Positions 1 to 8,299 of a DNA stretch of 64,000 bases are shown here, one piece after another. The position numbers were made by a program, and so were the translations under genes. This DNA comes from a virus. The stretch is from IMG/VR virus record IMGVR_UViG_3300045988_169460; one strand, written 5' to 3'. How positions within the stretch are numbered: position 1 is the first letter of the stretch; the number at the start of each line of letters is the position of its first letter. The notes below the pieces were generated by a model that searched no databases, was not told the origin of the DNA, and saw only the letters and a program-made list of their open reading frames with translations.

Positions 1-1
1 A

Positions 2-556
2 GGAGAAATAAAAAATAGAAATACTACAAGTTGGATTTATTTATTTTCTAAAGATGTCTATTTAACAGCAGGTGTGCATAAAGTAAAATTGTATGCACAT
101 GCTTATTGTGTTGACGGAATTTTAAAAGCAAATATAAATCCGTGGGAAACTATTATAGGTAGCAATGAGTATCAACCTGTTTCTGGAAATTTTGATTTAA
201 GAAGGACTTATTGGAGCATATGGACTTATGATTGGTTTTCTCCTCCAGGCGTTACTAGAGTTAATGTACAGTTTACTTGGCATTATGGCGGGAATGAAAG
301 ACCTAGATTATCAATCGGTAAATATTGGTGGAAAGATAGATGGAGCGACCATAATGGGTGTTCTATAGGAGATAATCAGACAAATGTATGTTGGGTTTAT
401 TATAATAATAGAGATACAAGAGTTGCAGTAAGTCCACAAACATACTATCAAATATGCGTATTTGTTGATGGGTATAAAGACCGTGATTATGGTTTTATTG
501 TTTCTTGGAGTCCATCTATAAATTCAGGTGGTTATCAGATTGATGCTAGAAAATGA
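2..556 (+). CDS. structural protein, C-terminal fragment (ORF open at left window edge)
   Basis: no stop in this frame from nt 2 to TGA 554-556; aromatic-rich sequence directly upstream of tail-fibre genes. Confidence 0.55.
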   Translation, partial: GEIKNRNTTSWIYLFSKDVYLTAGVHKVKLYAHAYCVDGILKANINPWETIIGSNEYQPVSGNFDLRRTYWSIWTYDWFSPPGVTRVNVQFTWHYGGNERPRLSIGKYWWKDRWSDHNGCSIGDNQTNVCWVYYNNRDTRVAVSPQTYYQICVFVDGYKDRDYGFIVSWSPSINSGGYQIDARK

Positions 557-570
557 TTGAGGTGATATAG

Positions 571-999
571 TTGACGTACCAAAAATTTACTGGTGAAGAA
601 TTTATTGGCACAGAATTAACACCAAAATTAAATGATAATTTTGATGCTGTACGTTCTGGGAATGCAGGAACAGTTTTCCCAACAGAAAATTTAGTAATTG
701 GAATGAAATTTTTTGATACAAGTTCAAATAAAGAATATACTTTAGTTAATTTAAATCCTATAGAATGGAAAAAATTAGGTGGAACAGTAATAAGAAGAAT
801 GTTTACTTTAGCAGATTGGGTAAAGAGTGGGAATAATTATATTTATAATCTTGGAGATGGGCAGTATTCAGTAACTGGGGTAGGGGCACAAAGTGGGAGC
901 TCTTATAAGAGTGTGTTGATAGATGTTACTAATAATAACTTAGTTTCCATATCTGTTTTTAGTGGATACGTAGATTATACAGAATATAATGAAGAGTAG
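571..999 (+). CDS. hypothetical tail-associated protein
   Basis: TTG start 6 nt after GAGGTG; packed between structural ORFs. Confidence 0.5.
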   Translation: MTYQKFTGEEFIGTELTPKLNDNFDAVRSGNAGTVFPTENLVIGMKFFDTSSNKEYTLVNLNPIEWKKLGGTVIRRMFTLADWVKSGNNYIYNLGDGQYSVTGVGAQSGSSYKSVLIDVTNNNLVSISVFSGYVDYTEYNEE

Positions 1000-1011
1000 G
1001 AGTGATAATTT

Positions 1012-2829
1012 TTGGAACATATAACTAAACAAGAAGATGTAACAGTAACTAGAATAGTAAGCTCTTTAAATACTTTAGATGATGAAAATATGGTGGTAGT
1101 GTCCACTACAGAGCCAGAGAAGAAAAAAGATGGATTAATATGGGTTAATCCAAATCAAGAAGAAGCGGAAAAATTGGTTTATGTAGGGCATACAGTTGGG
1201 GACATTTATCCCATTAGTTATACAGAGTTAGATTCAGGTCAGTTAATATTAAATGGTCAGTTAATAAGCAGAGAAATATATGGGGTGTTATGGGATTGGT
1301 TGCAAAAACATCCTAGTTTAATAAAAACAGAAGTAGAGTGGAATACATATTTAGCATCAACAAATAATGTATGTTGCCCATATTTTAGTATGGGAACTAC
1401 TGAAACTAATTTTAGATTACCTAAATATAGCGGAGCATTTATTAGAGCTGATTCTGATATAACTAAAATTAATCAATTTAGTGAAGATACACAAAGAAAT
1501 ATTACAGGACAATTTTCAACTTATCGCACAAGTTGGGATGGTGGTACTGGAGAATTACTTTTTGGTGCAAATGGGGCTTTTGGAAAAATAGAAACTGGTA
1601 ATAATATGGACAGTATTCATCAAGAGTCTTCTGACAGACAACAGCAAATTGTAGATTTTGATGCATCACGTTCAGTAGGAGCAACCCATACAGGTGAAGA
1701 AGTAAAACCTAAATCAATAAATCAAATATGGGTTATTCAAGCTGTAGGAACTATTACTAATCAAACAAGTATTGATGTAAGTGCTATTCAAGAAGAAGTG
1801 CAACAATTAATGGATTTTGGGAATTATCAAGTAGCTTGCATTAAGGATAAATCCAATTATTTTTCAAGAGATAGTTTATTTACTTCAAACAAAACGTTTA
1901 TTGTTATCCCCAAGAATATGCGGATAAATATAAATGGAGAGGCTTATATAAGTACACGTAATGTCACTCTTAATACTTCAACATTAGGTGAAAATCTAGC
2001 GGGTAAAGATGTTTATATTTATGCCTTAGCAGGTTCTGGAACAGAGCCAGATTTTGTATTATCTTTAAACAGTACAGTTCCTACAGGATATACAGCAGAA
2101 AATAGTCGTAAAATAGGTGGGTTTCATTGTTTATGTAAAGATGTTGGGATTATAGAAGGGCATGCTTTGTCTGGATATGTTGCAGGGGATATCTTACCAG
2201 CAACAAGATGGGATTTAGAACATCGCCCCAAAGGAAGTCCAGAAGGATTTGCTTATGAAGAATTAACGAATTGTTGGATTGCAATTTATCTGCCTAGTTG
2301 GGACGGAACTAAATTAGTTAGTGTTTATAATGGAGTTATTGCTGATGGAAGTTCTGCTAAAAAATGGCATGGTGAAGCTTTTTATGAGCAATTTGCAAAA
2401 CAAGGAATGCGTTTAGTTTGGCGGCACGAATTTCAAATGGGAGCAAAAGGTTCTAATGAACAAACAAATATTCAAGGTTCATCTGACCCTAATACTACAG
2501 GTGGGCATATAGATACGGCTGGAAGAAGAATGATTAGTAATATAGGATTAGAAGATTGTTGTGGTGTGTTATGGCAATTTGCAATGGATTTAGGCTTTGC
2601 AGGCGGGTCTGGTTGGACAAATTCTGTTTATAACTCTACTGTAGACGATAGAAGTTATGGACAAACATATGGAACATTATATCGCTTGCTGTTGGGTTCT
2701 CGCTGGAGTGAGGGCGCGTATTGCGGTTCTCGTTCTGCTTATTGCGATGTTTCGTCGGCTTATGTGAATGTCGACGACTGCTCTTCTCGTGGTGCGTCTG
2801 AGCCGAGAATTGAAAATTTGAGAAACTAA
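1012..2829 (+). CDS. tail fibre protein, DGR target (collar-like N-terminal half, variable C-terminus)
   Basis: shares FRLPK / DTQRNITG / FDASRSVG.xHTGEEVKPK segment with ORF 8964-11759; last ~48 codons contain the VR matching the TR. Confidence 0.85.
   Translation: MEHITKQEDVTVTRIVSSLNTLDDENMVVVSTTEPEKKKDGLIWVNPNQEEAEKLVYVGHTVGDIYPISYTELDSGQLILNGQLISREIYGVLWDWLQKHPSLIKTEVEWNTYLASTNNVCCPYFSMGTTETNFRLPKYSGAFIRADSDITKINQFSEDTQRNITGQFSTYRTSWDGGTGELLFGANGAFGKIETGNNMDSIHQESSDRQQQIVDFDASRSVGATHTGEEVKPKSINQIWVIQAVGTITNQTSIDVSAIQEEVQQLMDFGNYQVACIKDKSNYFSRDSLFTSNKTFIVIPKNMRININGEAYISTRNVTLNTSTLGENLAGKDVYIYALAGSGTEPDFVLSLNSTVPTGYTAENSRKIGGFHCLCKDVGIIEGHALSGYVAGDILPATRWDLEHRPKGSPEGFAYEELTNCWIAIYLPSWDGTKLVSVYNGVIADGSSAKKWHGEAFYEQFAKQGMRLVWRHEFQMGAKGSNEQTNIQGSSDPNTTGGHIDTAGRRMISNIGLEDCCGVLWQFAMDLGFAGGSGWTNSVYNSTVDDRSYGQTYGTLYRLLLGSRWSEGAYCGSRSAYCDVSSAYVNVDDCSSRGASEPRIENLRN
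2686..2805 (+). repeat. DGR variable region (VR)
   Basis: aligns to 2977-3093; 18-19 mismatches all opposite TR adenines, plus a 3-nt insertion and 2 T-to-G differences. Confidence 0.85.
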
Positions 2830-2976
2830 GAAACCGAGAAAAAGTTTGGATAGTTGGACAGAGAGGTCTAGAAACCGAGAGACCGAGACTAAAATTTTTA
2901 GTTGTGAGAAAATAAAGAAGATTATATAATAATATTATATAAGGGCATATATGATACTTAGATTGGCAAGATTTTT

Positions 2977-3093
2977 TTGCTGTTGAGTTCTAACTGGAAT
3001 AATGGCACGAATTGCAGTTCTCGTTCAGCTAATTGCAATGATTCGTCAGCTAATGTGAATGTCAACAACTCTTCTCGTAGTACGTCTGATACG
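2977..3093 (+). repeat. DGR template region (TR)
   Basis: non-coding copy of VR rich in AAY codons, 148 nt after the target stop and 148 nt before the RT start. Confidence 0.85.
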
Positions 3094-3240
3094 TGGGTGA
3101 TTTTAAAGCAGGTGCGGCTTACCCTCGGCTGATTATATATGCCTCACTGAAAAGTGAAATACAAAACAGGGAGAAATAGGGGCTAGTAAAGTAATTGAAC
3201 GTCCTTATTTCTAAATTTTATTAAATTAGAAGGATAATCA

Positions 3241-4257
3241 ATGAAAAGAAAAGGAAATTTATGGACTAAAATAATAGACAAAAGCAATTTATATTTGGCT
3301 TTTGAGAAAGCTAAAAGACATAAAAGTTGGCAAAGAAAAGTTAAAATTATAGAAGCAAATTTAGATTATTATATTGAAAAGTTACAAAATGATTTGATAA
3401 CAGGGCAATATAAAACCGCTGAATATAAGTTAAAAACAATTTATGAGCCAAAGAAAAGAGATATTTATATTTTGCCATTTTATCCAGATAGGATAGTTCA
3501 TCACGCTATTATGAATGTTTTAGAGCCTATATAGGATAATAGATTTATTTATAATAGTTATGCTTGTCGAAAAAATAAAGGACAACATAAAGGTAGTATA
3601 AAATGTATGGAATACACTAGAAAATTTAAATATTGTTTGAAATGTGATATAAGTAAGTTTTATCCTTCTATTAATCACAGGCTTCTAAAGAAAGTGATAC
3701 GTAAAAAAATAAAATGTAAAAAGACTTTAAATTTATTAGATGAGATAATTGATAGCGTTGATACGCCAACAAATGTTCCTATAGGAAATTATTTAAGTCA
3801 GTGGTTTGGAAACTTATATTTAAATGAGTTAGATGTTTTTCTAAAGCAAGAGAATTGTGTAAAAAATTATTTAAGATATTGCGATGATTTTTTATTATTT
3901 TCTGATGATAAAACATATTTAAATAAAATGGCTAAAATAATAAATGAATATGTAGTTAATATTTTAGAATTAAAACTTAGCAAATGTGTTTTGTTTCCAA
4001 CAGCACAAGGAGTTGATTTTTTAGGATATAGACATTTCCATGCTGGTTATGTTTTGGTAAGAAAATCAACAGCTAAAAGAATGAAGCGTAGGATTAAAAG
4101 ACTAAAATATGAATTATTGAAAAATAAAATAAGTAAAGATAAAGCTTTATCTGTTGTGGCAAGTTTATCTGGATGGTTAAGATGGGTTAATAGTTACAAT
4201 TTAAGAATGTTTTTAGAATTAGAATCATTAAAAAAGGAATTAGGAGGAAACTCTTAG
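3241..4257 (+). CDS. DGR reverse transcriptase with in-frame TAG at 3532-3534 (338 codons if read through)
   Basis: IGNYLSQWFGNLYL (IGxxxSQ), YCDD box; conserved SYACRKNKG continues in frame after the TAG; adjacent to TR. Confidence 0.85.
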
Positions 4258-4536
4258 GTGGACAAGTTTAGTAGTTTTGCAGAAGAAAGATTAGTTGGAG
4301 ATAAGGTTAGTGTTTCTGATATTTTAAATAAAGAAATAACAGTTTTATCTTATAAAATAATGAAAAGTAAAATAGAAGATGATAATTATGCTCAAATTCA
4401 AATTGAAATAAATGGTGAAAAGAAAGTTGTATTTACAAGTTCTAAAGTTTTAAAAGACCAATTAGAAACTTATAAAGACCATATTCCTTTTATTGCAACA
4501 ATAATTAAAACAAGAAAATATTTTTCTTTTAGTTAA
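4258..4536 (+). CDS. hypothetical protein, in frame with and abutting the RT stop codon TAG
   Basis: GTG start immediately after TAG 4255-4257, same frame as RT; GGAGG 9 nt upstream. Confidence 0.5.
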   Translation: MDKFSSFAEERLVGDKVSVSDILNKEITVLSYKIMKSKIEDDNYAQIQIEINGEKKVVFTSSKVLKDQLETYKDHIPFIATIIKTRKYFSFS

Positions 4537-4548
4537 GGAGGAAATGTA

Positions 4549-4836
4549 ATGATAGGCTATCCAAAACATTTAAATACAAAAGCAGATTATGAATATGTAA
4601 GAAACAATTTTCCAAAGGAAATGTGGGAAAAGGATTTTCGTGTTTTATTAGAGACCACACATGATTGGTTTTTTATTAGAGAATTAGAAAAAGGAGAGGT
4701 TCCTGTATTATTAGAAAATCAAAAAATAGAAAAAACGGAAGAAAAAGATTGTTTATTTGAATATAAATATGATGAAAATTGCACATTAAATAGATTAGGC
4801 TTTACAATAGAAGAAATTGAAGAATATTTAAAATAA
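4549..4836 (+). CDS. hypothetical protein
   Basis: ATG after AAGGAGG; ends before promoter pair. Confidence 0.55.
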   Translation: MIGYPKHLNTKADYEYVRNNFPKEMWEKDFRVLLETTHDWFFIRELEKGEVPVLLENQKIEKTEEKDCLFEYKYDENCTLNRLGFTIEEIEEYLK

Positions 4837-4839
4837 TAG

Positions 4840-4868
4840 TTGACAATTTTTACATAACATGGTATAAT
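4840..4868 (+). promoter_or_regulatory. sigma-A-type promoter
   Basis: TTGACA, 17-nt spacer, TGgTATAAT. Confidence 0.65.
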
Positions 4869-4932
4869 ATTTATAGTGTTCAGATAACAGCTATGACTGT
4901 TAAGTTATTACTTAAAATTTAATAAGTAATGC

Positions 4933-4961
4933 TTGACAGTCTTTTTATTTTATGTTATAAT
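4933..4961 (+). promoter_or_regulatory. sigma-A-type promoter
   Basis: TTGACA, 17-nt spacer, TGtTATAAT. Confidence 0.65.
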
Positions 4962-4982
4962 AGTATTGAGGTGGAGGAAATA

Positions 4983-5180
4983 TTGAAAGGTTTTGAGAAA
5001 CGTTTAAGTAAACAAAATTTTATGTTAATTAAAGTAAATGAATATTATTTTATTAGAAAAAGCAGAGCGTTTAATAATAGTTATATGGTATTAGATTCAA
5101 AAGGGTATTTGATAGATTAGTTACAAGAAAAAATAGTTTGGCAAGTTTTTTTAGGCATAGATTTGGAGGAATGGGAATGA
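4983..5180 (+). pseudogene. EWE-tail small ORF interrupted by in-frame TAG (5118-5120)
   Basis: TTG start 5 nt after GGAGG; after the TAG the frame continues 19 codons to ...DLEEWE-TGA with the junction motif. Confidence 0.45.
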
Positions 5181-5392
5181 TTAAAAAACCTAATAATAAT
5201 TGTAGATTATGTAAGTGTCTTCATAACTATAGCTATTTTAAAAAAGGTGAATATTATTGGGCTGAATTAGGAGAACGTTTTTTTGCTGGTGCAGTTATAG
5301 TATATTTTGGGGATGAAAGACATGGTATATGCTCTATGGTTTTTCCCGACTTTTTCATTAAATTTCGATGGGAGGAGACACAATGGGAATGA
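5177..5392 (+). CDS. small protein with C-terminal WE tail (-QWE)
   Basis: ATG overlaps upstream TGA (ATGA); ends ...ETQWE with AATGGGAATGA. Confidence 0.55.
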   Translation: MIKKPNNNCRLCKCLHNYSYFKKGEYYWAELGERFFAGAVIVYFGDERHGICSMVFPDFFIKFRWEETQWE

Positions 5393-5589
5393 GGATAACA
5401 GTAACTCCAAAAAGACAACTTATACATTATAATTTAAATGAACAATATATAGCAGTGTCTGTACTTAGTGTGTATGGAAGCATGGAATATAATATTTATA
5501 GCAAAAAAGGCAATCTTCTAAATTCTTGGGTATCCTAAGAGGCATTATTTAAGTTTTTTAAAAAGGTGGTGGATAAAGAATGGGAATAA
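5383..5589 (+). pseudogene. EWE-tail small ORF interrupted by in-frame TAA (5536-5538)
   Basis: frame continues 16 codons after the TAA to ...DKEWE-TAA with the junction motif. Confidence 0.4.
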
Positions 5590-5650
5590 AATTAGTAAAG
5601 GCAAAAGATAATTCGGCTCATTTTAGTCGTGGAGAATTGTATAAAGTAAT

Positions 5651-5661
5651 AATGGGAATAA
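5651..5661 (+). repeat. orphan copy of junction motif AATGGGAATAA
   Basis: exact motif, but its TGG-GAA-TAA frame has stop codons immediately upstream. Confidence 0.6.
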
Positions 5662-5676
5662 AAGGAGGAAATAAAA

Positions 5677-6054
5677 ATGGAACCAATTATTAGTCCGTGG
5701 GTATTTTATTTTATTGATAAGTTAGAGGTAATAGAAATGCTTCCACTATATGTTTTTATTTTGGCAATATTAATAAATGGGGCATTACTTATGACTAGTA
5801 AAACCGAAGAAGAGTTTGAAAAGGGGTTTTTCCCAAAAGTGTGGATAGCACTTTTCTCATTAGTGTTTATAATTAATTTTATAGTTCCTTCAAAAGAAAC
5901 GGCATATAAAATGATTATAGCAAATTATGTAACACCTAACAGTATTTCTATAGTAAAAGAAGCCACAGAAGATAATATTGCTTCTTTATTAGATAAAATA
6001 GCAGTTACTTCACAGGCATTATCAGGAAGGGAGGAAAAAGAAAAATCCAAATGA
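5677..6054 (+). CDS. membrane protein (paralog of 48945-49248)
   Basis: AGGAGG RBS; two hydrophobic segments; ISPW...PSKET similarity to ORF 48945. Confidence 0.65.
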   Translation: MEPIISPWVFYFIDKLEVIEMLPLYVFILAILINGALLMTSKTEEEFEKGFFPKVWIALFSLVFIINFIVPSKETAYKMIIANYVTPNSISIVKEATEDNIASLLDKIAVTSQALSGREEKEKSK

Positions 6055-6251
6055 AACAGATAGAAAAAGTAAAGAAATTATATAAACCAAAATTTGAAAT
6101 AGTAAGAGCAGAGAAAGTAAAAGATAATTATATATTATTCTTAGATGATAAAAATATTATATTAGAAGAAGATGCTTTTAAATCATTATTTGAGCTTTAT
6201 AGTGCTTTAGTTTCTTATTATGATGTAAGAAAGGATGAAACAAATGATTGA
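6051..6251 (+). CDS. hypothetical protein
   Basis: ATGA overlap with upstream ORF. Confidence 0.5.
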   Translation: MKQIEKVKKLYKPKFEIVRAEKVKDNYILFLDDKNIILEEDAFKSLFELYSALVSYYDVRKDETND

Positions 6252-6939
6252 ATTATTCAATGGGAATTGTTTTGAAGTAATCGGGGGGGGGGCAGTAAAA
6301 GATAATAGTATAGATTGTATTATTACAGACCCTCCCTATAATGTTAGCAGAGAAACAAATTTTCATACTTTAAAGGGAGCTTTAAGAAATGGAATGGATT
6401 TTGGAGAATGGGATAAAGGATTTGACATAACAGGTTATATTAAGTTGTTTCCTAGAATTCTAAAAGAAAATGCAAATGTTGTTATATTTAATGCTTGGGA
6501 AAATTTAGGAGAAATAGCAAAAGTATGTAGAGAATTTAATATAGCTCCTAAAAGATGTTTAGTGTTAAGTAAATCAAATCCCGCTCCATTTAATAGAGAT
6601 AGAATGTTTGTTAATGATGTAGAATTTGCAATATGGGGAGTTTACAATTCTAAAAATAAACCTTCTAAATGGACATTTAACAGAGAAAATTTATTAGAAA
6701 AATGTGTGATTCCAACAACAGTGCAGTCTTCTAAATTACATCCAACAATGAAGGATGAGAAAGTAATAAATTATTTGTTGCGAGTTTTAACAAATGAAAA
6801 TGACTCAGTTTTAGATTTATTTATGGGGAGTGGCACTACAGGAGTTGCTTGTCGTAAATTAAAAAGAAATTTTATAGGCATAGAATTAGATACTAGGTAT
6901 TTTGAAGTAGCAAAACGTAGAATAGAGGAAATAAAATGA
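6235..6939 (+). CDS. DNA methyltransferase (N6-adenine/N4-cytosine, beta class) containing a G10 tract
   Basis: IITDPPYN motif IV near N-terminus, FMGSGTTGVAC motif I near C-terminus; G10 at 6283-6292. Confidence 0.85.
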   Translation: MKQMIELFNGNCFEVIGGGAVKDNSIDCIITDPPYNVSRETNFHTLKGALRNGMDFGEWDKGFDITGYIKLFPRILKENANVVIFNAWENLGEIAKVCREFNIAPKRCLVLSKSNPAPFNRDRMFVNDVEFAIWGVYNSKNKPSKWTFNRENLLEKCVIPTTVQSSKLHPTMKDEKVINYLLRVLTNENDSVLDLFMGSGTTGVACRKLKRNFIGIELDTRYFEVAKRRIEEIK

Positions 6940-7208
6940 TTATACGCAAAGGTGATTATTTTAAAGTTCATACTTTTTTCAAGTATGATGGTAATTCCTT
7001 TTTTAAAGGAAATTTATTACGAATAGTAAGTGATTTTTCAGTTGAGGAAGATGGCTTTTGCACAGTTTCTAATAAAGCTTGGCAAGGAACATCAATAGGG
7101 CATACAAATGCAGGAAATCAATATAGTTTTGGTAAAGGAACACATTGGAATATTCCCATTAATTTTATAGAAGAACAATGTATTCCTGTGAGTCTTGAAT
7201 GGGAGTGA
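6936..7208 (+). CDS. small protein, EWE tail, family A
   Basis: paralog of 7213-7500 and 41440-41703 (NQYSFG...NW motif); ends LEWE. Confidence 0.6.
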   Translation: MIIRKGDYFKVHTFFKYDGNSFFKGNLLRIVSDFSVEEDGFCTVSNKAWQGTSIGHTNAGNQYSFGKGTHWNIPINFIEEQCIPVSLEWE

Positions 7209-7212
7209 AAAC

Positions 7213-7500
7213 GTGAAATATAAGACAGGAGATTTTTTAATAGTTAAATCCCCTTTCAAAAGTGATGGTAATATTTTTCATGGAGAAGATATTCTTCGTG
7301 TGATTACATGTATTGATGATTATGCTGATGCTAATGAGAATGGCTATGTAATATCTAATAAATCTTGGATTTTTAGTCGAGAGGGGCATAGTGTATATCG
7401 CAATAGTGCATATAGTTTCGGTAGAAATACAAATTGGTTTGTAAGATTTACTGTTTTAGAGGCTCATTGCACTTTATTAAAGAATAGAGAGTGGGAGTAA
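7213..7500 (+). CDS. small protein, EWE tail, family A
   Basis: GTG 7 nt after GGGAG of upstream junction motif; ends REWE. Confidence 0.6.
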   Translation: MKYKTGDFLIVKSPFKSDGNIFHGEDILRVITCIDDYADANENGYVISNKSWIFSREGHSVYRNSAYSFGRNTNWFVRFTVLEAHCTLLKNREWE

Positions 7501-7630
7501 CAATGAGAGCATTTAGAGCACAGCAGTTTTGTAAGGCTTTTAATTTATATAAACAAAGAGGATATAGTATTAGTTATCTTTGGATGTTATTTAGTAAGAA
7601 CTTATAGATTTTATTAAATGAGGTGTTATT

Positions 7631-8041
7631 TTGAGTGAGTATTTTGAGTTATTTTTAAAGAAAAACAATTTAATGTTTAATCAAAAGTTTCAGGTTTTGG
7701 ATTATGATGGAAAATATGCTGTTGGTAATGGGGCAAAATTTTGGATAGCAGATAATAAACTTCATTGTGATAATCCAGAGATGAATACTCGGCTTATTAT
7801 GTTAGAACTATTTGCTGGTAATTGTAGTGTAAAACAACTTCCTTATTATCCCACAAATGGTGATGTATATTTTTATATTTATATGGACGGAAGCAATAAT
7901 CAGGGAGTTGTATCTAAGGGAGTATTTTATGGTAATTTAGTAGACCAGCTTTTGCGAAGTTTAGGAAAATGTTATAGAACTAGAAATGAAGCAGAAGAGC
8001 ACTTAAAAGAGGATGTTAATTTTTTATTAAAAGGAAGATGA
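7631..8041 (+). CDS. hypothetical protein (paralog of 51213-51626 and 60959-61372)
   Basis: shared C-terminal GKCYRTRNEAEEHL-type segment. Confidence 0.6.
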   Translation: MSEYFELFLKKNNLMFNQKFQVLDYDGKYAVGNGAKFWIADNKLHCDNPEMNTRLIMLELFAGNCSVKQLPYYPTNGDVYFYIYMDGSNNQGVVSKGVFYGNLVDQLLRSLGKCYRTRNEAEEHLKEDVNFLLKGR

Positions 8042-8045
8042 AAAA

Positions 8046-8297
8046 ATGGAAGATAAGCTATTAATTATTTTAGAAAGTTTAGAAAATAAAGGAGATATAA
8101 ATTCTGAAATAGATTTATCTGAAACAGGTTATACTCCAAAAGTTATTAAAGAATTATTACAGTCTTTAGGCTATAAAATGGTTAGTGGTTCTTGGGATTG
8201 TTACGATTTTTCAGAGGAATATGGGAAAGAGGGGGCATCAAATGTGGTGCTATCTTTTAATGCAGAAACTTTTAAATTCACAATAATGGGGGTATAA
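8046..8297 (+). CDS. hypothetical protein
   Basis: ORF packed on same strand. Confidence 0.5.
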   Translation: MEDKLLIILESLENKGDINSEIDLSETGYTPKVIKELLQSLGYKMVSGSWDCYDFSEEYGKEGASNVVLSFNAETFKFTIMGV

Positions 8298-8299
8298 AA

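Noticed and set aside
1502-1684. Antisense or alternative-frame ORFs in the supplied track (also 6771-6971, 12898-13228, 13508-13775, 13844-14275, 17814-18098, 20033-20347, 21096-21368, 22438-22620, 23617-23805, 24624-24824, 30705-30956, 31773-32006, 33283-33471, 34807-35046, 36167-36505, 36198-36389, 36999-37193, 38553-38858, 42402-42590, 42953-43270, 43555-43737, 45340-45531, 45675-45899, 49154-49339, 50651-50839, 52564-52836, 55866-56081, 57163-57874, 60231-60461, 61788-62003)
   Set aside because: Each lies inside or opposite a better-supported gene with recognisable motifs or RBS-linked packing. They lack RBS, and their low-complexity Leu/Phe/Ile/Ser-rich translations are typical of AT-rich antisense frames.
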